A stretch of DNA of 64,000 nucleotides, taken from positions 59,086,001 to 59,150,000 of the forward strand of contig NC_086117.1 in assembly GCF_963921235.1 (NCBI RefSeq), given 5' to 3'. Under the pieces are notes generated by a model. It saw only the letters and a list, made by a program, of their open reading frames with translations, made no database searches and was not told the DNA's origin. The translations under genes and the position numbers were made by a program. Below, piece after piece: positions 52,040-64,000 of this stretch. Every line of letters starts with the position of its first letter. Within the stretch, counting starts at the first letter, position 1. This DNA is from Mobula hypostoma (Eukaryota).

Positions 52040-52615
52040 AAGCAGTTTGAGTTTGAGTCCATGGTAAAGCAATGGATGTGATGCTGAGACTTTATAAAGC
52101 AGTGGTAAGGCCTCACCTTGAGTATCGTATGCAGTTTTAAGCTCCTTATCAAAGGAAAGACATTGGAAAGGATTCAGAGGAGGTTCACAAGGTTCATTCT
52201 GGGAATGAAAGGGTTAACACATGAAGACCGTTTGATGGCCAATGGCACGTACTCACTGAAATTTAGGGGGGGGGGCATCTCAACCTTTTGAATGTGAAAG
52301 GCTTTGACAGAGTAGATGTGGAAAGGATGTTTCCCAACATGGGGGAGGCTAGGACAAGAAGGTACAGTCTCAGGATAGAGGGGTGTCCATTTAAAACTGA
52401 AATGTGGAGAAATTTCTTTAGTCAGAGGGCGATGAAATTGTGGAATTTGTTAATGCAGAGATTGATAGGCTCTTGATTGGCCACGGCATCAACGTTAAGG
52501 GGAGAAGGCCAGAGATTGGGGCTGAGGAGGGGGAGAAAGGATCAGTCATGATTGAATGGCAGAGCAGACTTGATGGGCCAAATGGCCTACTTCTACTCCT
52601 ATGTCTTAAGGTCTA
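52040..52615 (+). mobile_element. CR1-clade LINE 3' fragment
   Basis: RVDVERMFP.MGE.RTR.YSLRIEG.PF.TEM.RNFFSQR. Confidence 0.8.
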
Positions 52616-53804
52616 TATGCCAGTGAACCTGATTCAGAAACTTAAAAACTGCCTATTTAAAAGGGGACCTTTATTTGAACAAAGGTACATCAGTAGTAAA
52701 GAACACAAAAAGTGAAAGAAAAACCTTTAAACTTCCTTATCTCATAACATTAATGAGGATGTAGTTTTCCTTCTCTGGATGGAATGAGGCAGAAACATGT
52801 AACGGAAAGTTACATGTTTTAAAAAAAGAGGCAGGAATATATAAAGGCAGCAACAGGAAGTAATAGGCATGTACATCTTTGAATTCATGCCCCCATTCAA
52901 TGAAGCAAGGCCGAGATTAGTTTATGCACACAGTTTTGTACCACCACCCTCAATATCTTTGGTAAAAAAAAATGCAAAATTCAAGAATGCTTAAAAAGAG
53001 TGATTTGAAAATTTCTCAGTATTATCTGGTAAAACCAACAGCTCCCTAAATTAAAACACTGATACTAACTACATTAAAAAATTACATTTATTTATTAGCT
53101 GGTGAAAGAAATTTAACTGCCACAGATGACATAACGACTTTACGTATACACAAGTGATAAGTGCACTTATTTTAAAAAAAAGACCACCACATAAAAAGGC
53201 AGTGTGGTCTCATGGGAAGATTTGCAATTTTTTAATTTTCAAAGGCCCTCTTAAGTCGAGAGAAGCACATTTTTCTCTTAATACATACAGTAAACGTTAC
53301 CTCATCAGGGCTATAAGACTAACTGGAGAGAAAGACCTTATAAATCACCTCTGTCGCATAGTATTCGACCCCCACTAATTCCATAAATGCGGGGGAAAAA
53401 ACTAAATGACTTTTAAAAAAAATAAAATGACACGACAAACTTAATTAATTGGCTTTTAAATGATTCACCTTCATTTAGGCCACCGGTGGACCAAACCAGG
53501 AATGGATTTTACTGCAGAGATTGGACGAGATTAAAGATTAAGAGCCTCAAGATATATAATTTTACAGGTATAGAAATATTTAAACTAACTAGAGCAAATT
53601 GTAATTGACTAAATACCAGTGTACTATTAATCTTAACCGTCGATACGAATAACGGAGGCCTCTCCAATAAATAAAACCGCAGCCCCAGCATAATCGTGAC
53701 TTTGGTACACTTTTAAAAAAACGTTAAGATGTCAAGCGCATAAAAGAAATAATAACTTGGATCAAAAAAGGAGTCACTGAGCTTGAAGTGGTGAGGATAC
53801 TTAC

Positions 53805-53819
53805 TCTCTCATCTGCCAT
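53805..53819 (-). CDS. RANBP1: RANBP1 exon 1 coding part (MADER)
   Basis: ttaaa ATG GCA GAT GAG AGA |gtaagt; five codons, phase 0, as in human MAAAK; total spliced CDS 630 nt = 209 aa + stop. Confidence 0.85.
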
Positions 53820-54160
53820 TTTAAGGGAGGATGGTGTGAGATTGTAGATGACAAACAACAAAAAGCTGCTCCGGCTCTTTTACTTTCGCGCTTGATTTTG
53901 CTCCCACTTCACCCCGGTCCAATATGGCCTCCCTAGCAACCGGAGGCTGGCCTCCAAAAATCACAAGCAAGCCATACTTAAAGCATCATAATCAAAACAC
54001 ATTCACATTTTTTTCTATTCAAAAAATCTGTTTTCTGTTTTTTTGCCAGTGGAAAATATAAAATACAAACTGTTTTTCTGAAGGCATTACCTCAGTTTTT
54101 CAGGCATGGGACTGGTTAATCCCACAATCCTCCGCGGGGTTGCCTCTGTTAAATGGCGGC
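53820..54160. promoter_or_regulatory. RANBP1/TRMT2A bidirectional promoter
   Basis: E2F site TTTCGCGC 53884-53891, CCAAT 53919-53923, RFX-like CCTAGCAAC 53932-53940, ZNF143/Staf-like ATCCCACAATCCTCCGCG 54119-54136, YY1-like AAATGGCGGC 54151-54160. Confidence 0.8.
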
Positions 54161-54210
54161 GGCCTCGACGGCAGATGGTGTTTAGAGAGTCACTTAAATT
54201 CTTGTCAGGT
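54140..54210 (+). other. TRMT2A: Putative 5'-UTR first exon of TRMT2A (start approximate)
   Basis: CpG-containing segment next to the promoter motifs, followed by donor-like cag|gtgtga or caggt|gtgagt. Confidence 0.5.
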
Positions 54211-54477
54211 GTGAGTAGGTTCGATAGTGTGTCTTTTATGTTGTAAAGATTATGTTGTAAAAGTTGTGCATTTATGTATTCTCACTCATAAGGTCCATAT
54301 TGCATGGGAACAGACCAATGTTCCCGCGCCGATCAAGGTTCTAATCTCACCCATATGCCCTCATTTGTTTGCCTCACATCTCTCTAACTCTCATCGTGAG
54401 AAGAATATCGGTGGTTTATTTCGAACCTCTTTTGTTACAGTCTGTGGAAGGAAATCGGGGACTCCGAGTCAGAATCA

Positions 54478-54705
54478 ATACACGCAAAAATGCTGGAGGA
54501 ACTCACCGGTTCAGACAGTCTCTGTAGAGGGAAGTGAACAGTCAGTTGACGTTTCAGTCTGAGACCCCTTGATTCCTAATTTTCTCGGCCCGAAAAAAAA
54601 TCAACTGCTCCATTTACCTCCACAGACGTTACCAGAGCCGCTGAGATCCTCCAGCATTTTGCGTGCGTTCTTCCAGATTTCCCTCATTTGTACACTCTCC
54701 TGTCT
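54478..54705. mobile_element. Older Penelope-like fold-back
   Basis: cacgcaaaaatgctggagga on the left pairs with tcctccagcattttgcgtg on the right. Confidence 0.65.
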
Positions 54706-56349
54706 TTATTTCTCCTCAGAATTCATGTCGCTTTTTAGTTTTTATCCTGTTTTTGTACTGCTGACCTTAACCACTCTTGCAATAATCTATGTTTTAATTA
54801 CTGCATTTAAAGCTTGTAGTATCCACTTTTTATTTAAATAGATGTAATATGTCTCCGACTACAATACAGTATACAAATATTCCCAGGTGATTCCCCCCCC
54901 ATCTTATTCAACTGTAATTGCTACCTAATATTTCACCCAAATGTAATTGCAGATAAGAAACAGCTGGATACATTGTGTAATTGATTTATTAATGTCATGT
55001 ACCTACCAAAAGATGCAGTAAAAATTGTTCTGGTGGATGCCATCCATACAGATCATCTCAGTTGTAAACTTTGGATTCTAATGTATAACAGTTTATTGAT
55101 ATGTATTGTTTTTGAAATGAAGTATACTTTTTAACTCTTGTGTAGTAGAGCATTGGATACTGAATTATTTTGTCATTTAAGTGGCAAGTTATTCAGAATT
55201 AGGTTTACTATCACCACCATATGCTGTATAATTATAGGGGAAAGAATACTTATTTTAACTAGTTAAATTAATTAAGACAAGCAAATTCAGAAATAAATAA
55301 GTAGCGAAGTAGTATTCATGGGTTCAATGTCCAGAAATCAGATAGCTGAGGGAGAAAAAGTTGTTCCTTAATCATTGAGTGTGTGCCTTCAGGCTTCTGT
55401 ACCTCCTCCCTGGTGATAGCAATGAGAAGAGGGCATGACCTGGGCGGTGGGGGTCCTTAATGATGGACGCTGCCTTTTTGAGGCACTGTCCTTTAAAGAT
55501 GTCCTGGATACTACAGAGGCTAGTGCCTGTGATGAAGCTGACTAATTTTACAACTCTCTGCAGCTTACTTCAATCCTGTGCTGAAGCCCCATCACCGCCC
55601 ATACCAGGTAGTGATGTAGCCAGTGAGAATGCAGTTAGAATTAAACATGGATTTTAACATTTAGAAATAAAAACCTAATTTAATAAATTGACGAGAGCAA
55701 ACATGAGAAAGTCTGATGAAGGGTGGGTCTTGGCCTGAAACGTCGATTGTTTACTCTTTTACTTAGATACTGCCTGGCATACTGAGTTCCTCCAGCACTT
55801 TGTGTTGTTTTGATAAAGTATGTAAAGAGTTAAAACTGTAAATATGCCAACCTTTCAGTTGCCTGATTGCTACGTATTTAATGCATTTTTTGTTTTATTT
55901 TGTATTAAATCTCTGTGGCATCTTCTAAAAGTGTAAAGTTTGAAAGTGAATGACAGATGGAAGTTACAAAATTTTTGTGACTAACTGAAGGCAGACTATA
56001 TTTCCAAATTTGTAGGGATGGCACCACAGAGGTGGAAATTTAACTTACAGGATGTTCAACCTCTTTTATTGGTTGAAAAGCAAATGAAGGTTACAAAGAC
56101 CTTCCCTTCTTCCCGTCAAATAGCATTATAGTTTTGAATGATATCCTCACACTCTGATAGCTCTCAGCAGTATGTAAAAGACCCCATTATACGAAAATAA
56201 AAAGAAAATGTTGGAAAAACTCAACTGATGGAATGCCTCTCTGAAAAGTTAGCTCTTATGGTTTTAAAAAAGTGTAATTTTCTGAGAATGTGGTGAGGAT
56301 ACGAGTAGAAGCAATGGAATAATTCCATGGTTTTCTGTCCTCTAATATC

Positions 56350-56765
56350 AGTTTCCCCCTTCTCCAGACTTTTATCTCTTTCACCAATCACCTTCCCTGT
56401 TCTTTACTTCACCCCCCCCTTCCCTTCTCCCGGTTTCACCTGTTACCTGCTACCCTGTACTTCTTCCTCCTCTCCCTCCATCTTACCCTGACTCCTTCCC
56501 CCTTCCCTCCCAGTCCTGATGAAAGGTCTCGGCCTGAAATGTTGACTGCTTACTCTTTTCTGTAGATGCTGCCTGGCCGCCTGAGTTCCTCCAGCATTAT
56601 GTGTGTGTTGCTTTGGATTTCCAGCAGCTGCAGATTTTCTTGTGTCTATGGAATAAGTATGATAGGAACACACAAATTGCTGGAGGAACTCAGCAGGTCA
56701 GGGAGCATTCATGGAAATGAACAAACATTCAATGATACAGGCTGAGACTCTTCTTCGGGACCAGA
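56350..56765. mobile_element. Penelope-like terminal fragments (plus ~56350-56648, minus ~56667-56765)
   Basis: Hammerhead motif cagtc-CTGATGA-aaggtctcggcct-GAAA-tgtt-gactg at 56511-56548. Confidence 0.75.
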
Positions 56766-57169
56766 AAAGAAGTGGGAAGACCTTCCCACCCTCCTGTGAT
56801 AGGATACGGCTAATGTTGTTCCCTTTGGTCTGTCTGTCAAGTGGATTAATGAGGGCACTTGGAGGAAGATAATACAGATAAAGAAGTTGCTCTTTTTGCT
56901 GTAAGCCATCCATCTGTCATATTGTCTCAGCTTTCTTTCTCTAATAATACAGTCTGTCCTGCTGAGCAAGTTCCACAGCTTTGATATTACTAATCCATTA
57001 TATTTTCTATTGTCACCTTCTACCTGCCTCCATTTGGCTAGAGAGTCCTGTCAACTCATCCCTGTGACCACTCTGGCCTTGCTCTTTAACAGATAGAACA
57101 TTAAAAGAGTACAGCACAGAAACAGGCCATTCAGACAAAAGTGTTGTGCTGAACCAGCTAGAAAGCAAA

Positions 57170-57845
57170 TCCGAGTTCATAGCTCTTTGGAAGTGCTTAC
57201 ACAGGTCAATATGGAGGTTAAGAAGGCTTATGGAATGCTTGCTTTTATTAGTCAAGGCATTGAGTTCAAAAGTCAGGAGGGTATGTTGCAACTTTATAAA
57301 ACTGGTTAAGCCACATCTAGAGCATTGCATACAATCTTGGTCGCCCCGCTATTGGTAGGATGTTGAGGCTTTGGAGAGGGTGCAGAAGAGGTTTGCCATG
57401 AGGGCATGTGCTATCATGAGAGGCTGGATAAACTGGAGGTTGTTTTCTCTGGAGTGCTGGAGACTGAGGGAGGTCTGATAGAGGTTTACAAGATTATGAG
57501 AGGCACAGATAGAGTGGGCAGAAAATATCTTTCCCAGGGTGAAAATGTCTAAGACCAGAGGGCATGCATTGAAGGTGAGAGGGGGTAAGTTCAAGGGGAT
57601 GTGAAGGGTAAGTTTTTTACTCAGGTGCCTAGAATATGCTGCCTGCTATGGTGGCAGAGGCAAATACATTAGAGGCTTTTAAGAGACGCTTGGATAGGCA
57701 CATTGATTTAAGGAAGATAGAGGGATGTAGACATTGTGTAGGTAGGGTTGATTAGTGTTTAGGTGTCTTTGATTTGCTTTTTGGCTGGTTCGGCACAGCA
57801 CTGTGGTCTGAATGACCTGTTCTTGTGCTGTAATGTTCTTTGTTC
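57170..57845 (+). mobile_element. CR1-clade LINE 3' fragment
   Basis: KLVKPHLEHC.Q.WSP motif and a CR1-type 3' region. Confidence 0.8.
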
Positions 57846-58310
57846 TGTTTTGTGTTAATGCTTATATAAAGAAGACTATATTTCATTAGGAATTTAAGAA
57901 GATTTGGAACGTCATCAAAGACACTAGCAAATTTCTGCAGATGTACTGTGGAGAACATTCTAAGTGGCTACATCACCATCTGGTATGGGAGGTGGGGGAG
58001 GTCGCTACTGCACAGAATTGGAATAAGCTGGAGACAGTTGTAAACCTAGTCAGCTCCATCATGGGCACTAGCCTCTAGTATCCAGGATATCTTTAAGGAG
58101 TAATACCTCAAAAAAGGGGCATTCATCATTAAGGGCCCAGATCATGCCTTGTTCTCATTGCCACCATCAGAAATTCAAGAACCTGAAGGCACAAGCTCAA
58201 TGATTCAGGAACAGATTCTTCCCTTCTGCTGTCTGATTTCTGAATGGACATTGAACTCGTGAACACTACCTCACAATTATTTAATTTCTATTTTTTGCAC
58301 TCCTTATTTA

Positions 58311-59569
58311 GCGTATATTCTGGAGTATAAGCTGACCCCCCCCTCCATTTTCAAGGTTTAAAAAGTGACTTTTTCATGTTACCTTTGTATAAGCTGACCT
58401 CGTTTGTAGAGGTTTTTGATTTAACCAGAAAAGATCAGAAGATCTCACGTGCCGGTACTCAGCTTTGCCAGATCCGGAACCAGGAAATTTTGTGAACCAG
58501 TACCTGCTAAGAAAACAGGCCTACACATTGTAGAGCGTTATAAGCAAATTCTTAATAAATAAATCAGGGAGGGAAATTTTGCATTAGATCTCCAATGGTA
58601 AAGAATCCTCTGGAATGTAACCCCCGTGAAACCACTTAGCGCCCATCGTAATCTCGTTAAAACATAACACGGGGTGGCAGGATCAGGACGTGCACTCAGT
58701 ATTGAGTTTGCGACCACGATGTACAAAAGATTAAAATGAATGTGATATGATGCTGGCTTCAGGCTGAAGGTTGTTGATTTTGCTAAAGGAATGAATAATT
58801 CTGCAGCTGCTAAGAAGTTTAGTGTAAATGAGAAACAAGTGAGAGAGTGGAGAAAGGCAGGGGACACGCTGAGGGAAATGCCAAAGACGAACTGTGCAAA
58901 CCGCAAGAAAACATGCCAGTGGCCAGAACTGGAAGAAAAAGTTTTAGAGTGGGTGAATCACCAGCGATCATCTGGATACATTGTTACCAGAGAAATTATT
59001 CGAGTTCAAGCGTTGAAATGGAACGAAAAAACACCATGAGGTCAGCGTAAATTTCAAAGCTACACGAAGTTGCACCCGACTTTTGAATAGACGTGATCTT
59101 GTGTTGAGACAAAAAGCAAAGATTGCTCAGAAAATACCCGCAGGGTGTTGTTTGCGTCCAAAAACGCTGCTGGGTGGACGAAGCAGGTTGCTTGAAGTGG
59201 GTTAAAGAGGTGTGGTGTCGATGTCCCGAAGGTTTCGGGAAGGAAAAGTCGCTACTTGTCTGGGACATGTTCAAAGTGCACTTGTCAGGTGAGACAAAAG
59301 CAGTATTGAAAGCTGAAAATACGGACATTGCAGTCATCCCCAGTGGTTTGATGTCCGTGCTCCAGCCACTAGATGTGAGTTTAAACAAACTATTCAAAGA
59401 AATCATGCGTCGACAGTGGAACGAATTTTACTCAAAAACAGCCAATAAATACGACCTGTCTTCCGTGTATTCGTTTTCCCAAAGTTGACACCCTCTGTAT
59501 AAGCCAACCCCCTAATTTTAGGACCAAAGTTTGGTGCCAAATTCTCGGCTTGTACACTGGAATTTATGG
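58311..59569 (+). mobile_element. POGK-like pogo DNA transposon, internally deleted
   Basis: TIRs gcgtatattctggagtataagc / gcttgtacactggaatttatgg with TA flanks. Brinker-type DBD (YDAGFRLKVVDFAK.MNNSAAAKKFSVNEKQVREWRK), CENP-B HTH (WPELEEKVLEWV), DDE part (LLVWDMF..H...IP.G....LQPLDVSLNK.FK); stops and frameshifts present. Confidence 0.88.
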
Positions 59570-59766
59570 TAATTTAACAATTTTATTTTTCTATGGTCTT
59601 TTTCCTATTATTCTATATTACATTGTACTGCTGCTGCAAGGACAACAAATTTCACGACATATGCCAGTGATATCAGTGATTCTGATTCTGAAGTATTATG
59701 TGTTAGCCAGGTATGCTGGGCAGAAGAGTAATGATGATGTTGTTCATGTTTTAGAGTCTTGGCAAC

Positions 59767-60383
59767 ATGGCTGAAGAAGGAGCTAGTGTATCTCCTGGAG
59801 CTGATCAAAGAGAAACGAGTGACCTAACTGATTTAAGTGTGACAGAGGAAAATGAAAAGTCCAGTCCCTCAACTGACACTCAGGTGGAAACGGGTGAGCC
59901 TGGGACTGATGTGTATCGATACATCAAGGGTGATCTTTTTACATCTGAGATTTACAAGATAGAAATTCAAAACCTCCCAAAGTTTGTAAGCTTCAGTGAT
60001 TTGCGAAAATTCCTCAGCAGAAATAATCTGGTTCCTCATAAAATTAAACTGTTTGGTAAACAACCTTTTGCATTTGTGACTTTTAAAGAAGAGAAAGATC
60101 GAGATCGAGCCATGGAAGTTCTTCAGGGTCAAGTGTGGAAAAACAAGAACTTGCATGTCCGATTAGCTAAGCCAAAAGCAGATCCAATTGCCAAAAAACG
60201 AAAGCAGGAGGGGACTGAGAATGGTGATCCTGAGCTGAAACGTCCTGCTCCAGTGGAAGTTTCAGATAGACCGTTAAGTGAACAGATTGCAGATGTTGTG
60301 ACACCTTTGTGGAACATTCCATACGAAGAGCAATTGAAAAAGAAAGAGCAAAATGTCTTGCAAGTCTTGGGAATGTTGACCAC
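59767..60383 (+). CDS. TRMT2A: tRNA (uracil-5-)-methyltransferase TRMT2A, first large coding exon (RRM); gene continues beyond the right edge
   Basis: YIKGDLFTSEIYKIEIQNLPKFVSFSDLRKFL...PHKIKLFG...AFVTF...VRLAKPKADP...IADVVTPLWNIPYEEQL matches TRMT2A; acceptor ttttag|59755, Kozak aacATGG, phase-2 donor AC|gtatgt. Confidence 0.95.
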
Positions 60384-61313
60384 GTATGTACGTTATCCCC
60401 CTTGGGATTCTGAATGTGATGATAAAGCAAGAAGTATTAAGTTTTATTATGTATATAAATAGCCACATGCAAACACAGACATCACTGGATTTGCAAGTGG
60501 GTAGTTTTAAAAAAAATCTAATATTAACTGCAGGTATAAAAACTGAACTTGATCCGGTCGTACAGTAATATGCACTAGCTTTTATGAATTTGTCTTATGA
60601 AGATAAATTGAGTGAGCTAGGGCATTTCTCTTTGGTGCAAAGGAGGACGAGAGGTGACTTGATAGATGGTAATAGGCATAGATCGAATGGATAGCCAGTG
60701 ACTTTTTCCCAGGGCAGAAATGACAAAAATGAAAAGGCATAAGTTTAAGGTGATTAGAGGAAAGTGAAGGGTGGGGGGGGGGTATTAGAGACAAGTTCCA
60801 CAGAGTTTGGTAATTGCATGGAACACCGTGTTATGGGTGATGGTAGAGAGGCAGGTACATTAGGGGTATTTAAGAAGTTTTTCAATAGGCACATGAATGA
60901 TAGAAAAATGGACAGCTATTTAGAAGGGAAAGGTTAGATACACCCTAGATTAAAAGGACCTGTACTATGCTGTACTGTTCTCTGTCCTATATTCAGTCTA
61001 ATAACAGTGTGAATAAATAGTAGTATGTAGACAAATTTCCAAGAATTACTTATATCGACTCATCTTCTATATCTTTACTCAGATAAGGATTTTGTGTCCC
61101 TTTGTGCAAAAGGGGGCCCAAGAGTAGTGCCTGTGGGTAGTGTCGTGTACCGTTTAGCTAGGTCTCCTAATATACAGTAACAAACTACAAAAAATTAGAG
61201 TGGATCAAATTATAAGCGCTTTTATTACTTTTAAGGGAAAGTCTTCCTCCATACGTTAAGTCACTGGAAGGTAGCTTCAATCTTGCAGCACAAGACAAAC
61301 CATTTTTATCCAG

Positions 61314-62374
61314 TGTTAAGCACACACAACTCTGTAAAAGTACCAGCAGCAACACCTGGAGTCTGGTTTTGATGTTAAAAACTACTACTTTATTAGTAAC
61401 TACGTAATATAGTAACTTAAACCAGGTAAACCAAGAGTTAGCAGTATTATGCATATATCAGTATAAATAAAGTTCCCAAACTCATTCAAGCTCAGGTGGC
61501 AAGATTTACAGTCTTACGATGGTATGTAAGAAAGTTCAGTTCAATCCACAGAATTGAGGTGAGAGAGAGGTATTTGTGATCCAAATAAACAGGTGTGGTC
61601 GATCTTCCCGCTGTCCCCTGAATCCTTCAAGTGAGCCAAATGTGACTACACTAAGGGGACCCTCTTCAAGTGGTAAAACTACCAACCCAGGCAAGGGTTA
61701 GACACACCAGTAATTTCCACAGGGTCACCCTTACACGCACTGTGTTAGCCACTGATCGATCTCTCTTAATCATAGTCATAGTCATACTTTATTGATCCCG
61801 GGAGAAATTGGGAAATTGGAAATCGACCCTCAACCCACCCTCGTGGGCACTCGAAGAGCTCATTCAGAGACTCTTTCGTCACCAGCCTCTGTGCGGCTGC
61901 GAAAAAGACTGTTGACCTTGCTGAACACACACACGCTGAACTCCAGCTGTCCATCATGTAACTCCTCCTCTCTCTCTATAGCAACTCAGTCAGTTAGCAG
62001 TAGAAGACAGCTGCTTTTCGTAATGCTGTATTCAGTCTCTCCCTCTCCCTCTCCCTCTCCCTGGCCCTCTCCCTCTTTACAGGCATAGTCCACACCAGTA
62101 ATTCATCAACTTCATGTCTTTGAGGTCATTTCATCCCATTATGGTATTCCATGTTTATCTGTATCCATCACATTTGTCTTTAATCAGTCCATTTGCCTTT
62201 TGAGGCTTCTTCCTCCCATGACAGCTATGTCTTGTTTCTCTTGGTTGTCAGAACATTCCCTGCTATAAACACACCCTATGTTATAGAACACACACACACT
62301 TCTTGTAAGTCTCCACCTAAACCAGCAAAGTACTCTGGATCACATAGGTTCCATTTTGCCAATTACATTTCACA
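61314..62374 (-). mobile_element. Possible solo LTR
   Basis: TG...CA ends can be drawn and there is a minus-strand AATAAA near 61389, but no TSD was found and boundaries are uncertain. Confidence 0.3.
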
Positions 62375-62559
62375 AAAGTTATAAGTTGATAAAGACTTCA
62401 GGGTTAAACGTGAGGCTGCTGATGATAGGAGATAAATCAAGGCTTAGTGAAGATATCTGGGTGAGAATTGAAAGCTATAAGGATAAAGGAAGAACATTAG
62501 TCATATGTTAGACCCCCAAATGCAGATAGTGATTTTAATCAACAATTCCATTAGAATAT

Positions 62560-64000
62560 TAAAAAAACAATTCTTAGGGTAATATTGTAGTTATGGATGA
62601 CTTTAATTTCCCAAATATTTAGTGGGAGACTATTGGACTACAGGAAAGTGAATTCATTGAGTTATTGAATGATTGTTTTTTGACCCAGCATGGTAATGCA
62701 CCAACAACAGGGAAGGCCAGTCTAGATTTGTTACTCCCTAATAATCGGGATAGAATTTTGGGTATGGAAGATATTGAGTCTTTAGGGACAATTGATCATA
62801 ACATTGTTAGTCTCAAAGTTTTTTGAGAGAAATATCAGTTAAAATCAAAGCCATTAAATTGAATTTCAGAAAAGCAAAGTTTGTGCAGATACGGCAAAGA
62901 CTTCAGAAGATAAACTAGAAGGAACTGCTTGATGTTGAGTCAGTTGGGGAACAATGAGGCTGATTTAAAGAGGTAATGGATGCAGTGCAGGGGATGTTCA
63001 TACCCAAGGTTGGGAGAAGCAATAAAAACATCAGATCAACTACACGGATGAATAAAGGTATACTAAAAAATTACTGGAAAAAAGAGAGCTATAAGGAATG
63101 CAGAAAAACAGTAGAACTGTAGGGCATATGAAAATAGGAGAGGAAAATTCAAATTGCCAAAAGGCAGGTTGAGAAGGAAATTGCTGATAATGCTAAGATT
63201 GACTGCAAAAGATTTTTTCAATACTTTACTAGTAAAAGAAAAGTCAAGGAGGAGGATCAGTGTATTAGGACTAATAGTGAGGTGTTAAGTTATGTAGAGA
63301 AGGACATAGTGGATATTCATATTTTACTGAAGTATTCACTTGCTAAGATGTTAGCAATGTGCCAGTAAGTGTAGAGGAAATAAGGTTGTTTTAAGTGACT
63401 TAGAGATCTTAGGAAGTGAAGTCCTGCTTTAGCTGAAAAGGCTGGAAGTTAATAAATCTTCAGGGCCAGACAACGTATATCCAAGAGGTCTGTGATTATA
63501 TATACAAACCCCTAGCATGTATTATTTCATAAGTCATTGAAGACTAGTGGAATCCCTAAGGACTGGAAATGGGCTAACATTGTCCTGGTATACAAGAAGG
63601 TGACCACACTTACCCTGGTAACAATAGACCAGTAAGCTGAACGTGTATCATAGGTAAGATAACAGAAACAATAATAAAGAATGAGATGGAAAAGCAGCTG
63701 ATAAGAACAGGCATGTTAGCAGAAAGCCAGCATGGATTCAGAAAGGGAAATTGATGTTTATCTAATATGCTGGAGCCCTGTGAAGAGGTAACTTAAATTT
63801 ATGATAGCAATAGAGCAGTTGATATAATTTATTCGGACTTTCAGAAGGCTTTCGACAAGTTACCTCACAAGAGGTAAATAATCAGATTACAAGAGGTAGG
63901 GATTCAGGGTAATGTGTGCGAATGGGTGCAGAATTGGCTCAAAAACAGAAAACAACGAGTTATGGTGAGAGGATCACTTTCACACCTAGTAGATGTTAAA
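62560..64000 (+). mobile_element. Old CR1-clade LINE ORF2 (endonuclease end + RT start), heavily decayed
   Basis: VM.DFNFP, DHN, KSSGPD..YP, DWK.ANIV..YKK, N.RPVSLT, QHGFRKG, DFQKAFDK motifs with many stops. Confidence 0.85.

Noticed and set aside
58791-59488. Domesticated POGK gene
   Set aside because: Has TIRs and a TA duplication, stops, frameshifts and an internal deletion.
60384-60462. C-terminal part of the 231-aa ORF (YVRYPPWDSEC...)
   Set aside because: Read-through into the intron after the AC|gtatgt donor; TRMT2A similarity stops there.

Overview
Vertebrate genomic DNA, very likely a cartilaginous fish (ray/shark; inferred from the repeat content). It carries the gene order of human 22q11.2: ZDHHC8 exon 1 with its CpG-island promoter (minus strand, ~5.1 kb), a complete six-exon RANBP1 (minus strand, 53819->34721, 209 aa, all splice phases check out) and the 5' part of TRMT2A (plus strand), head-to-head with RANBP1 across a compact bidirectional promoter. 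Most of the rest is transposon-derived: CR1, Rex1/Babar and RTE LINE fragments, V-SINEs, RTE-derived SINEs, Tigger/pogo, Tc1, hAT and Chapaev3-like DNA elements, and many Penelope-like (GIY-YIG) fragments carrying minimal hammerhead ribozymes. Two structures stand out. (i) Repeated 'tails-out' fold-back Penelope insertions, two of which are bracketed by a single 13-14 bp target-site duplication (TSD); the largest is a 2.2-kb palindrome whose two arms look like copies of different templates. (ii) A six-copy tandem array of a 64-bp tRNA-like Pol III promoter head in ZDHHC8 intron 1. No prokaryotic-type system or CRISPR array is present. Repeat boundaries are approximate, and family names come from recalled motifs, not database searches.
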